In this document: piece by piece, positions 50,201 through 63,330 of the stretch
Layout: every line of letters starts with the position of its first letter
Numbering within the stretch: the stretch's first letter is position 1
Origin: Takakia lepidozioides
Taxonomy: Eukaryota > Plantae > Bryophyta
Reading direction: 5' to 3'
NCBI GenBank assembly: GCA_030704615.1
Contig: CM060732.1
Location: forward strand, 37,200,001-37,264,000
DNA: 64,000 nucleotides
Position numbers and translations under genes: made by a program
Notes under the pieces: model-generated
Told to the model about the DNA's origin: nothing
Databases searched by the model: none
The model's input: only the letters and a program-made list of their open reading frames with translations

Positions 50201-52135
50201 GCAGGGTCAAGACTTGCGGATCCAGGTCCAGGTCCTTGAGAATCTCGTCTACTCTCTTCTGCCAGGACTTAAGCCTGTTTGACAGGGTGGTCCTGTTTCC
50301 AAGATATAGAGTTGATTAACTTAGGATATCTGGTGTTGGGCATATGTTGCAGCTGACCCCACCATCTGACCTTGAATTCATCTCGTCGGGAGCTTAAGGA
50401 CGGAATGCCAAACTCACCCCGAACAGCCACATTTGCTGGGCATGGAGCATGCTGACATACACTCCTTAAGCACACCCACTTGAATGGATTCTAGAGACTT
50501 AGCCTGGTTGGAGTTATCAACCCATATTGCAGATCCGTACTCCAAGGCAGGTCTAATAATGCGACAAAGCATGGTTTTCTTAACCTCAGAGTTGACCCCT
50601 CTGCAGTGGAAAAATTTAGTGAGCCCCAGAGCTTTGCCCTTGCCAGTTTGAACAACTTTCCGGATATGTGCATCCCAATTACAATTGGAGGAAAACTCAA
50701 CGCCCAGGTAAGTGTAGGAAGGGGGGACCGGGATCTCTTGGCTACCCCACTGCCACTTAAGATCACTTCCTCCCTCCCCTCTGTCGTTGAATGCTACCAC
50801 TGCACATTTGCTGACATTAGCCTCTAGCCCCCAAAGATCAAAGTATCTCTTCGCGCAATCAATCAACTCCTGGAGATTGGTTGGAGTCTCCCCTATGCCT
50901 GCGAAGTCATCCGCAAACATAAGGGCTGGTATGGTGGTATCACCCACCCTTAACCCAAATCCCTCACTTTCCACATCCTCGAGGAGTTGATTGACGAAAA
51001 CATTGAAGAGCAGAGGGGAGAGAGTACATCCTTGAGCTACACCTTGGTCTATGTCAAAGAAGTGGGGGACAGAGAGAGAGAGAGAATGTACTCAAGACAT
51101 TTGCAATAGCCTTGTGGCCATTGAGAGAGAGAGAGACACACACAGAGAGGCATCATAAATAGTAACATTTAGCAATGCATCAGTTCAGTGAGGATACAGT
51201 GCGGATTTGAGCCAAACACCCTTGCCCAACTTTGGGGAGTAGTAGTAGATCAGCCCCAAACAAAACAAAGCTGAAATAGGCAATCGGACAAGTCAGTTCA
51301 ATGAACGCAACTATTCACTTCGCTCAATTGTTTGTGGGCTGCAATCATGTTACTCTTCACTTGCTCACTTTCCACCTGGAGGTTGAGCTATGCATCTTCG
51401 AATAGAAAAAAAAAAGACTACTAACTCTGAAATCACACTGTAAGGAAATCAAGACAAAGATTACAAAGTACCAAATACCTCAATTAAATTTCAGCTTTTG
51501 AGGAGAGCTAAACTCATAAAAAATCTACAAGATGCGACCCACGATACGAGAGTACCTTATCTGAGAGCAATGGTCAATGTCACTAACAGGTGTGTGTGTA
51601 TATGCGAGGTAGAGAGGGGGGGAGGGAAAGAGAGAGGTGAGCCATACATTGCAGAAGAATGAATACAATTTCTCCATAGGCAGAGAATGGGAGGCGCTTG
51701 AACAGACAGTATGCCAGTGCAATCGTGAAACCCGCCACCTCCAGCTCAAACGATGGCACACTCAGCCCTCTAATACTCTTATTTTTCATAATCAGGTAGA
51801 TCTGTAAACGCTCGCACTCCCGCATTAGCTGGAGATAACCCGAAATTGCAAACAACCTAGCCAAACCCACAGGAAATGTGCGGTCGCTGCCTCCTGTAAT
51901 ATTTGCATTGACTTTGATCCTTCAAGCATCAAAGCGGAAACATGCACATGATTTTAAGCCAAGTGAGAGGGGAAGAGGGCACCTGAGGAACTTTGAGGAA
52001 GACAGAGCTAACAATAATGGCGTAGCCAAGAAACTTGGACAGCAAAGGAAGAACACATTCGTTCTGTGGGATCTGGTGCTTTTCGAGCGCATCAAGGACA
52101 CAAGTTAAATTCATGCCTGCCAATTTCAGCTTCAT
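47294..52135 (-). CDS. MPDU1: Mannose-P-dolichol utilization defect 1-like PQ-loop protein
   Basis: Exons approx. 52135-51983, 51801-51648, 51271-51198, 49323-49256, 48748-48689, 48048-47988, 47889-47848, 47394-47294; LKVPQI...SIRGLS and [21 protein letters not shown] loops; C-terminal KKIE dilysine motif. Confidence 0.9.
48421..48654 (-). mobile_element. Short 5'-truncated LINE in an MPDU1 intron, with TSD
   Basis: Direct repeat ctttgaggaagagagaga at 48403-48420 and 48655-48672; an older 3'-end copy lies at ~48290-48390. Confidence 0.9.
49576..51063 (-). mobile_element. 5'-truncated LINE (RTE-X-like) with partial RT and C-terminal zinc finger, in an MPDU1 intron
   Basis: [46 protein letters not shown]...HC; TSD gggggacagaga at 49564-49575 and 51064-51075; extra 3'-end relics at ~49420-49545 and ~51085-51122. 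Confidence 0.93.
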
Positions 52136-53539
52136 CTTTTGAGCCTTTCTTGAACACTCTCTGCTACTTCTCTCAGCGTCCCGCACCGCACACACTTCTT
52201 CGCAACCCACCCTCTCTCTCTCTCTCTCTCTTTCTCAGATCTTCAGTGCAGAGTCTAACCCCAAGTCAGAATGGAATTGATGGAGATGGAGTCTGGAAAC
52301 ACAAAGAGATCCGATGCACGTGAGGTTTTACAAACGCTCTGCAGCTGATGTTGGCAGCTGGGCTTGGGCTCCCCGGCCCTAAGCAACTAGGCAGCAGACA
52401 GATGGTACAGTCTTGGTCAGACAGGTGGTACACTATCACTCGAGTTTCATGCCACGGCACTCTAAACTCGTTCGCTTTCCTCACAAGTAACTTCGTCACA
52501 CGCACTTTCTCTTCTTTTCCCTCGGATTCCGCGTCGTGAGTGTTGAATGCTACAACGAAAGGAGACGAAGAGATGTTGAATTCCACGAACGAAAGGTCGA
52601 TAGGTGTATAAGATTAGATGCCGAGATAGTGAGTGAGTGACGAGCAATCGGAACGACGTATGGAAACGTTCAGTGTAACATAAATGTTTGAGAATTTTTG
52701 TCTCCATCTCCGTGTTACCAGTTGCCACCTCTCTGGCAGAATGCAGAAGCCATGGTTCCCGAAAGACTTTTGAAAAGCACAGCGCATTTGTCGATTTGGG
52801 TGCAAATTATGTGCGCAGATGCAGGAGTCTCAATGTCTCAATGTGCATTGCACGAGCTAGGTGATGGACTGAAATCTATTGCTGTGAACATATGAAATCT
52901 CTCCTGTGCAGACACTATCAGCACAACGAAATTGATTGTCCCCACATGACTGATGATCAATGTGTGTGATCTGGGGGTAGTTGACAAGCCATCTGCCTGC
53001 CGGATTTTTGTTGGAAAAACTGCACAGAAGGGGTAGTGAAATACCCTGTTTAACACTGCCCCGGGCAGACGGCTTGTCACTTCTGATGTGTGTCTACAAT
53101 CATGTCTTTTTGGGTTACAGGCCATGGACCCATGCAGGTGCCTTATTGTGCCCATTTTTACTCCAGCTGTCATAAATCTGGTGTGTGTGCTACACCTCAA
53201 GAGTCACCCCAACTTGTTATGCAGAGGACACAAACTCTTGAGAGCAATATCAATGTAACAATGCCCATGCAACGACTTCAATCTGTTGACATTGCAGTCC
53301 ACTTACTCCAAGGCACTGGATGGCAAGGAGTAAGCAGCAGTCAAAGGCGGAAGCTCAACCATGCAGTGCTGCAAAACAGAAGAAATGCTTTTGTCAAATC
53401 ACCACCAGCAAATCGACAGGCCTTACCTAGACTGAAGATAACTTCAATACAGACCAACCTCCTTTTGCAGTATAGATTCTCAGTTCACTCAAACTGTTTT
53501 GATACAGTACCCGCTGACAGGACAGTTCTGGCATAATGT

Positions 53540-54928
53540 TCAGATCTTTGCTGAGGGTTCTATCCCGGTGGGGATATCAATGACTAGGAAACTGTCCACA
53601 AGAGGCGTGATTTGACTCTCTTGCAAGGCTTTGTACTCCTCACTTGAGGACAGCACATCAACTTCCTTCACTTCCTTCATGCTTGGAAACAGCGCCCAGA
53701 AACCCCAATTGAAGCCCTTCGAGCGAGCCGGTGCAAAGTTGGGACCAAAGCTCACTTGCTGAACCCCAGGGAACCTAGAGAACATCCATAGTTGCAAATG
53801 AGTAGAAGACTCGTAAAAATCGTGAGCACCCCCACAGGGAAAATGGTTCTTTGCAAATAATAACAAGACTTCACAAGCATGTCACGGACACTAAGAACAA
53901 CTCAAGCTGTGGCTCTGCAATGCCAACACGACCACAGCTAGGACCAAAAAGCTTGAAACAAAACCAGAGCCTTTCTGCAAGATGGCAATTGCACCTTGTG
54001 GGACTGGGCATTTATGTCAGGCAGCTCAGGGCATTGCCCATTGCCAAAAGAAGAGGACCAACCACATTGTGCCATCCACCCCTTTCACAAGTAGTCAACG
54101 TTATATAGAAAGAGACATGGACATTTTGGCAATCTGGTCAGAATACCACCACATCTTGGTCCTGCAGTCAGCTGCTCTAGGCAAAGACTCAGTAGTGAAT
54201 GTTCAAAAATCTGATACCTGGAGGGATACTCATTCAAGAATCCTGCCAGGGCATTAGTCTCTGCCTCAGAAGCCCCCTCCTTCACTTTCATAAGAGTGAT
54301 GCGTCCCACTCCACCTTGCACACTGGGCTCACCACTCAGTTGGGATTCCCAGTCAAGGGCTAGCACATCCTCTGCCAATCGTTTCACAAAACTCTCCACG
54401 AGACTGACATGGGCAGGGTGTGTCGAATAGGCTGCTAGTGCTGCCTTGTCTTTGTAGCGGCCATGCAGTGCATGTGTAAAATTGCCCCCTTCCATCTGGA
54501 TCATAATAGCACCACATAAACCATAGGGAGAAAATCATGTATGCAAATATTCATGTGCCTAAGCATGAGCTTGAACTCAAATATAAAAAATGAACATCAC
54601 TGGGTAGGAACTAGGTACCTGTTACAGATAGAATACAGTTCAAGTTACCGGGGTGTTTATCAAAAAGCCACAGCCTTGGGATGGTATTTTGTTAAAGTGC
54701 TCGAGGAAGCATTGAGACTGGAAGGTATTCCATGTATAATGATGCAGGCAGTTGTGGAGTGACCAAACTTACCAAAAGGGCTGGCCCTGCAGTGATCTGC
54801 AGCACACCGTCCAGGCTCTTGAGCTCACGGATGGATTGCATCATAGCTTCACTTTTCTCAGGTGTCACATCTTCCTTCAACTTAAATAACACAACATGCT
54901 CCACCACAGATGTTGTTGTTCCTGCCAT
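53540..54928 (-). CDS. Stress-response A/B barrel (double Dabb) protein, UP3-like
   Basis: Exons 54928-54773, 54495-54218, 53774-53540; VEHVVLFKLK, FTHALHGRY...YSTHPAH, VSFGPNFAPARSKGF; ends -AKI; frame open upstream to ~55075. Confidence 0.88.
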
Positions 54929-56412
54929 TGTGGTCAGTGGTGAATTTTGGATGGAAGGTCTATCTGTTGCAATGTGGCCAGATTCGCGCAAAGGCTGGCA
55001 TCCAACCTTCAGGGCACTTTCCCGAAAGAATGTTCTTGGCCTCTCTCGTCTGACTGCAGCAGAAGAGCTCAACTCTTAGAAACATATATATGACGGATCA
55101 ACTGCAGGCCAATCCATACCTTCCACTCATAGTGGTCAGTTCATAACTGCACAAAGGGGGTGGAGGATCAAAACTTGACGCCAGCAGCCTCATGACTTTC
55201 ACAATGGCTGTTGATAGCCCACGCCAAGATGCTTAATGCCCAATGGTCAGATGTTCTTTGCTGAATCCTGGTTTGTGGTAGCCTCTGCTTCGAATACGTA
55301 TGTGGAATATGGCGTGTTACTGTCCATCAATCGTAGACCCTATCTGCCTTTATGTTATCCCTCAGTTGCATTCAATAGCAAACATGAGCTTAACCCTAAA
55401 CCCGAAATCAAGTTCTGGTGCTTGTATGCAGAATTGCTAAAGAGGTGGAAATGAAAAGACAAGTGATGAATTGAATGGGGAAGGAAACAGCCACAGCTGA
55501 TTTCACTCGAGGCACGCGACTTCGACCGAATCTGACTGCGACAAACTAGCTCGATATAGGCTCAACTAGTGTGCCCAGACACAGAACATAGAGTCGCCCA
55601 TGACAATGAACCAGCTGAAAATCAGAAAGCACCGAGCATATCGCAATTCACAATCCGAAGCAAACAATCCATCACGCAGATTTTCGACAAGTAGACTCTC
55701 TTCGCAAGAGACGCTAATAAACAGATCAAAGAAGAAATTATTTCAGTTCACATTTACGAGGGGCGACGAATGAATCCTTCAAACCAGCTGAGGAAACACA
55801 TCCCCAAATTCCCCGCAACAGCAATGCAAACAAACTGCGAGAGCGTGGTATGAACCATAAGCTATAATTCTTCTGTACAATAAATCAAACCAAATCTGCA
55901 AGGCGCAGCTCCTACGGATGCACAGGCAAGCCTGCATATTTTCTTCAGATGCACCCGCAACCCTCGTGCTGCGTACCTACTTCCTCTTCACAAGACTAAC
56001 CAAGTACTGCTTATCGTAATTAATAGCATGTATCCTGTGGGTCAAGCGTCAAACGAAGCGATTTGGTATGTCGACTCTGTCGAAATGAATGGCGAGGATT
56101 CTTCACCAAATTATGTAACATGTGCCATTTGTCTTCTCGAGACTGAATACTTTGTATTCTCGAGAGAACTTTGATCGTAGTGAGTCAGGCACTGAAATAG
56201 TTTGTTGTAACTACCCACCTCTTCAGTGTTTGTTCATTTGCTCAAGTCATCATCTTCCGGGCCACCACCATCTTTTTTTTTGGTGTTTTGTTTCTGTGCG
56301 CCTGCCGCCAGCCCATCTCACAACTGCAGGAGCGTTCCTCGCTGCTCCTGGTGTGGCTGCGTGGGTGTGGTGAGCAACTGCGCTTCGCAGGCTCTGACGC
56401 CGCAATCCAGCC

Positions 56413-59354
56413 ATGGCGCCCAAGAAGAAAGGAGGTGGAAAGGGGAAGGGGAAACCTGAAAAGCCCACAGGCCCCACTCCAGCACAGCTGCAAGCGCGGA
56501 TTGTTGAGTTGCAAGGCGAAAAACTTAAGGAGGAGCAGGACCGCAACACAATGCAACTAGAGAGAGTGCGGTTTCTGTACCATCTGAGTAGATCAGTTCA
56601 TGCACAATGCATTAGATGAATTCATTATTTCGGTGCATGTAGTTTGAATCTACTGGTAAGGTCGAACTGATGTCGCTGTATGCGGGGTCAGCAATAAATG
56701 ATTGATTTGATGGAATGCGAGCGAAGAGAAATGTTAAGGTACGGGCATGAACGGTTTCAAGTGTACTGAGAAATGCACAGAACGCATGGAAGACATAAGT
56801 ACTAAATGATCCAGCTACATTATGCTGTGTGGCTGCAGGATAAAGTCTCCTCGTTTTGGGAAGTCAAGAAGAAAGAATATGATCAATTAAGGGCAGAGTT
56901 CCGGAACAAGGACCGTGCCATGGAGGAGCTTGAAGAACGACATCAACTCGAGATCAAGGTACCTAGATGTAGTGGATTTGTACTTCTAGACTGATTCACT
57001 GGGTTCACCATTACAAGGGACCTTAACTAATGATCAATGTCATTCACAAGCTATATGACTTCTTGAAACTTCAGGTATACAATCAAAAGATGAAGCATCT
57101 ACTCTACGAGCAGCAGAACATGATCGCCACCATCAAGGCTGACAACGAGCAGGCCCTAAAAGTGCAGCGCGATCTAACTGGAATGCGTGAAGCAGAACTT
57201 GTGTAGGTGTCCTCCACCATTTCCAACTGGTATCTGTATATATTTGAAATGCACTTCGGAACAAAAACTTTGAGCTGCACATTGATTTGTGAAGTTCTAA
57301 TCGGCCCGTGCAATCTGAAATCTCAATCTATATGCATATGTAAGCAAGATTTTTATGCTCACACTGCGTCTCCCAGCTTTACAGTAGACTAGTAACGAAA
57401 AGCTAATCCCTTGTACTGCTCTGATGCAGTTCTGGCCACAACCTGCAGGAATGACAAGCGGGGTCTGAAAGAAAGACTGAAAGAAATGGAATTGTCCTAT
57501 GAGGATATCATCAGATCGTTCAAGCTGGTATTTCCTTGCCACTTTCATTATACTCGGATTGTTTGCTGAGCTAGTACTGGTCAACGATCTACAAAAATCT
57601 TCTTACAAGTAGGAAGTGGTTGGCGTTTACAACTTTCCTCCGAGTCCGCTTTTGGGTAGTTATATTGTGGTGGGTTCTGTCAACAGGAACATGCTAAGGA
57701 GATCACCAAAATGCGACAGGAATTCGATCAGAACGCCAAAGAGTTGAACCAAAAATCGGATAGGAAGGTGTGAAATCTTGACTTCCATGCTGCGAACTTA
57801 AATTATCTTCTAAAGTCTAGTTGAGCTGGGAGCTGGGCTCCCATTTGGCTCTGAGATATTTCGACGCGTACCATATCTGGGTTGACTTGGAATCCTGAGA
57901 TTGATGTACAGATCAAAACTCTTAGAGAAGAAGCCGAACTTCGCCGGAAGCAAGAGATACATGAGATCGAAGAGCGCAAGAACGTGCATGTGAACGAACT
58001 GATGAAGAAGCATGAAAAGGCGTTCACTGAGATCAAGTGCTACTATAATGACATTACTCACAACAACCTTGACCTGATCAAGACTTTGAAGGTGGCCCTG
58101 AACCTTTTCTTCATACGTGGCTCCTCAAATTTTTCATTTTGAAGCAAATGCCAGTACTTGACAATACCACTGGCTTGCTTAGATGGAGGCGGGAGTAGAT
58201 CCTTCGCTCCAGTGGAGTAATTCCAATGATGAATGTGTAAATCTCTGACCCGCCAACGAGAAGCTAATGTACGAGATTGCTCAAGAAAACAAAAGGCTCA
58301 CCGAACCATTAACACGAGCTCTGAAGGAGGTTGAAGAGCTCAGAAAGCTATTAGCCAACTACGACAAAGTAGGTTTGCTCCAACAACATATTGTCTTCGT
58401 TTTGACTCCCTCACTGGTACATAGCCTTCCGTTTCTGCAACTCATAAATTCTAGCTCCTTTCGGATGGTACCATGGACAGATTCATTTCCTGGAGTGTCT
58501 GAGAGATGGGTGATGTGAATGCAGGACAAGTTGCTACTGCACCAAACCAAAATAATGCTCACAGATAGATCCAGGGATTTCAAGAATCTTGAATGGGATC
58601 ATCAAGTTCTCCAGCAACGTTGTGACAGGGTATGTCATCGACTCACGGTCTGGCAATGGCTAATAGTGACCAGCAAATAAATATCAACTTAAGTTCAGTA
58701 CAGTCATATCATGACTTGATTGTGGGCTTGCATTCACCATGTACAGGTACAAGCCGAACGAGACGAGCTCTACGCAAAATTCGAAAGTAGCATATATGAG
58801 GTGCAACAAAAGTGTGGCCTTAAGAGCTTGCTCCTCCAAAGGAAAGTTCAAGTCTTGGCAGAAAAACTTGAGAAGAAGGTGCATACACGCATTCAAATTT
58901 TGATGAGATTTGCTTTGCATTATATCATCATCCCCAAGTTCTGACCTGAGGTTGATCTGCTTCGATCGATCATCCTCGGCCTTCCTTCCAGGAGGCGCAA
59001 CTAGGAGAAGCCGGGGTAAAGCTTGAGGCAGACTCCGGCATTGACAACGTACTTGAGTCGAAGAACCAGCTCATCAAATCGTTGCGATATGATCTTGGCA
59101 AGATTACAAAGGTGAGAAGCACCAAGGCACACCCCTCTCTATTGCTGCCGAAACTATCGTCACATGTAGACTCATCAGACCTTGCTATCTACCTTTCCCA
59201 GCACGTAACAAACATCCCACACACTTGCCTCTGGTGACTGATGCAGGCACACCACGACATGATAAAGGCATTTGAAGCAAAGCTGGCAGAGTTTGGGATA
59301 CCGCTTGAAGAGATGGGCTTGCCACACTACATTTCAAACGCATCCTCAAACTAA
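56413..59354 (+). CDS. GAS8: Dynein regulatory complex subunit 4 (GAS8/PF2), with one anomalous exon
   Basis: MAPKKKGG start; [24 protein letters not shown]; [46 protein letters not shown]; ERDELY; [13 protein letters not shown]; about 11 GT-AG exons; in-frame TGA at 58246 under the obvious splice. Confidence 0.9.
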
Positions 59355-60254
59355 AGGTATGTGAAATTGCAGAGCACTAGATCCACACACAATTCCATGA
59401 GATTCGAACTCCAGCAGCGCAAGGATAAACAGATCTATGCGACAGACTCAGATCACAACACCATAAGAGTTTATAATATCTCTGCTGTCTGATTGACAAA
59501 GAAAACTGTTGGTGTGATTCATTGTGAGCCTGAGAAAAGAAACACATCAATTATAATATGGTGTCCTCTTCTCGAGAGCAATTCATCATAGTAACACCAG
59601 GAGTCCAAAACTATAAGTTGCAAAATCATGAAAAGTTGCATGATAGAGTCTAAAGATCCATAATGTCATCAATTAAATTTGAGATCACAATGTGAGGAGA
59701 AAATGCGCTCAGTGCTACACCTGGGGCGCCCCAACAATGGACAAGCCACCATACGTTCATTTGCCTGGTAGTTCTGAACCCAAGTCCACAACTTGAGGGC
59801 CAAAGTGCTCTGACCGCAAGGCAGAACTGTTTCTGCCCTGATCACTTGGCTGAAGTTCATGTATCCAAGGAGTCTGATAATGAGCTTAAACCAAAAACAT
59901 CAGCATCTTGCACAGTGAGGTTTCACAAAACATGACGTCCTTGAGGACAAGTTTTCTGTAGATCCACCCGGTCCTGCAAAGCCTATGATGTCAAAACCTA
60001 AACATACAGACAAGGCCTGGTAACCTGACCAATATTTCCATCTGAAGCATGGTCCTTATTTTGTCTTCATGTCTCTGTCTCTCTGCCAGACACAACCATG
60101 TGAGTGCATTACAGCAATTTGACCCCTCCACCATCCTAATTGATCCCCTTAACGAAACCCTTGGCTGGCAATCCAAATGGTGCCCACAAGTCAAGATATG
60201 GTTGATGCTGCCAATTGAGGCGCAGCAGTGGTTGATGCAATTTTCCATTCATTG

Positions 60255-60372
60255 AAGAGATGACAAGCTGTCTCTAAGAAGTGCACTGCACCCTCCTTGC
60301 AGAGTGCCTAAAAGTAGGCCATGCCCCAAGTTGAGAAAGTGACCTTGCTTCCCTGCCTTGCGCACCATGCTG
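60255..60372 (-). pseudogene. Uroporphyrinogen decarboxylase (HemE) C-terminal exon fragment
   Basis: VRKAGKQGHFLNLGHGLLLGT, then frameshifted EGAVHFLETA; resembles the HILNLGHG...GTPEENV.HF motif; other exons not found. Confidence 0.55.
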
Positions 60373-61569
60373 CCACACAACCATCCCATCTGAGGAGTGG
60401 AATAACTTGTGCAAATTGGGCTGAGAAAATGAAATGAAATGGTGCTTTATAACGTCCGCGGAAAACTCATAGAGAAAGCACATGAGAGAAAGCACAAAAT
60501 GAGAGAAAGCACAAAAAATCGAAACAAGGACCACGAGAGCACATGGAGCAATGTCCAATGCGCATTTTCCTTTACAACCTGATAGCCTGGAATGCCATGC
60601 CATTTCAGATTGGTGGTAATCTGTGCCCACAGGGAGCCGCATACTACTTTATGAGCTTGAGTCACAACCAACAAACTACCAACAAAATGGTTGAAGAGAA
60701 TACCACTGTCAGCTGTCCCACAATAGGAAGAAGAAGAATTGATTAACTGTCATGTGTTGCAGAGGACGACATGAAAGAATGTGTCCGCATACATTGATGA
60801 TAAACATTCATATTTTATTAGAGATTGCAACTTTGGCGTTGCAGTTAGACATAATGTTGTAGAGCAAAAAGAGGGCTCCTGCATATTCTTCTTGTTCATT
60901 CATGCATTGTGGTTAGTTGGATGACACAAGTGACACCGCAGCGGAAGAGAAGATATCACCTACGCCATCTAGCATGCTATCCTAGAAACTGCAAGTATGT
61001 CTAGTTCTAGTGAGTTTCCTCTCTTATCCTATGTGTATGTCTCTACCCTATAAATTGAATTGAATGAGCATAAACAAGTGGCCAAGATCTATGCTACTTG
61101 CCATCATGATTCCAAGGGTTTCCATCTGCATTGTAGATTATGGAAATGAATCACACACCTATAAGTTGCCGTGAGTATACTCCTGGTACGATTTACTATT
61201 TGTGCTCAAAGTGCCCATGATGTTTTCCCTCAAAACAATAATTTGAAGATCTTGTCAGCAACATGCTCTAGTTCTGGCATAATATGATGTGAACATGAGT
61301 CATTCTAAATCCCTGTCTCAAATTCAAACCCCCAATCCTTAAGCATCTGATCCGTCTATATGCCCCAAACATTGCATCTCAAGAGACGAGTCCTTCGCCA
61401 TATGCACCAAAGGATCACCATTTACTGCCCACTCGGTCTGGACTGTACCAGCCCATCTCTCACACATTGCTCACAAGTCCAAGGTCCTGATTCATGCTTA
61501 CTACTTGCTTATATTCTTCCCCGGTGCCCCTATCCACAGCGGACGGTGCACTGAGAGACCGCTAATTCC

Positions 61570-61890
61570 ATGGCTAACCCATCGCTCTCGGCTTCTTTTA
61601 TTTGGCAGATCGCGGGTAATTATCCCCCTTTCGTCTACCCTGCACATCTGATAATACTCGTGCATCCCTAGATTTTCTGCAGCTACTTCCTTTCATCCAT
61701 ACGGATAAATAAGCACACATTTCTATCCTAATTACCACCTTCATTCATCTATCTGTCATCCAGCTATGCTTATTTATCCTTCCAGCTAGTGATGACCAAC
61801 TGTCGGATCCGTTCATCCGCCCGTCATCCTAAAAAATTCCCAACTGGATGTCGTACGCCACCTTAGCATCCATCCAGTCATCTTTTTCAT
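61570..61890. repeat. CATCC/GGATG-rich cluster
   Basis: ttcatccatacggataa, gtcatccagc, ttcatccgcccgtcatcc, ctggatg, gcatccatccagtcatc. Confidence 0.5.
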
Positions 61891-61967
61891 TCCTGCATTG
61901 CTTTCTTCCTGAGCCCCGACACTTAGACACTTAGCTTGAAAATCGCAGCTCAAAATCGTAGCACTTG

Positions 61968-63330
61968 TTATTGCCCTACAGCTGTAGAGCACTCCCTTCT
62001 TTTGTTGCCTCCGTCCTCGGGGCCGAATTGTTCATTCCACCATACTCTATGATCGTCAGTATTCTCAGCTTTTGGTGGGCTCATTACCACAACTTTCTTG
62101 CTCTTTGGAGTGCACCAACACTTCCTTCCTCGACCACATAATGCCCATGGCTTGTCTTTCAGTCCTTGCAGCTCACCATCGTCGAGGGTGACGAGCTCAG
62201 TTATCCTGCAAGTCAGTTGTTCTTCCAGGAATCGTGCTGCTCGTTTAGTTGTGTGTCCCTTCATTGATACTGCTTCAGCCCATTCAGAGAAGTGGCAAAG
62301 GGTGATCATCACATATTGTTTGTCCTCCTTGCTGAATGGAACGAGTTCTGTTGCATCCATCGAAGTTCGAAAGGATAGATCATGGATAGGTACTCTGAAC
62401 ATTACCTTCCTTCTTTCCATCGGGCAATGTCTGTTCCGCCGGTGTACCCTCCTTGCTCCCTTATTTGTGAGGTATTCCCTAATGACTCCAAATGGTAAGT
62501 AGTGCATGGATTGCACATCATCAAGCAGGTCAGGCTGGTACTCTTCCTGTTTGCCGTCTCTGGTATGGGTTTCCTTTGGCCAGTCATCATGAGTGTCTTC
62601 TACAGCTTCCCCGATCCTCAACGTGAAGCATGTTGCAGCTGCGGATCTCCACATGCTTTGGCAGCAAACCGCATTCATACTCATTGGTGATATGATCCAA
62701 CTAGTAAAAATCAGAAGCATCATCACTTCCTTTTTCCAGTTGTGCTTCCAATGCGTTAACTCCTCCTTATTAGTTTTTCTCGGTACAATATGCCCTTGGA
62801 AGATTAGGTGTGCACCCTTCATCTGGTTGTGGCTCGAACAACCCATTTTGTCACCAGTAAAGTGATGTATGGTTTGTGGATCGTCAAACACATCAGGTTT
62901 GTTTTCTCCCTTATTTTCTGCTTTGCCCGTTGGCCACTTGAGGTCTCCCATGAGCTTGCACTCCTGCTATTGTTCACGTCCTTGCAGCCTCCTCAATTTC
63001 ATTTGCAGTCACTGCTCAAAGCTGGCTGAGTTTTCAAGTTTGATTTTCTTTGCGTGATCATGCCAGAATAAACACCCATAGCTGGTTTGTTCCTGGATGC
63101 TTCTTACTCCAAAGTGTCTTATCCCTGCATGCACTTTGCTGATGATCGCTCCCTTTTTCAAGCTCCTTGGTACCACAAGACCTTTGTAAAACCAATGTCG
63201 AACTTTCCACTGGTTATTTCTGGCCCTGCTTTGTACTCTCCTGCATTCCCTTCCAATCAAATCATTATTGATGAACCTGAAAGCTATGCGATGTATGACT
63301 GGCACATCATTGAACACATCATTGAACACA
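61968..63330 (-). pseudogene. Degenerate Ty3/gypsy-type integrase
   Basis: LVVP...IISKVHAGIRHFGV...LFW (HHCC region); SMDATELVPFS...YVMITLCHFSEWAEAV...AARFL...LVTLDDGEL (partial catalytic core). Confidence 0.65.

Noticed and set aside
58225-58250. C/D-box snoRNA (atgatga...ctga) or a selenocysteine UGA in GAS8
   Set aside because: The boxes are too close together with no terminal stem; land plants lack Sec machinery and the surrounding peptide is not DRC4-like
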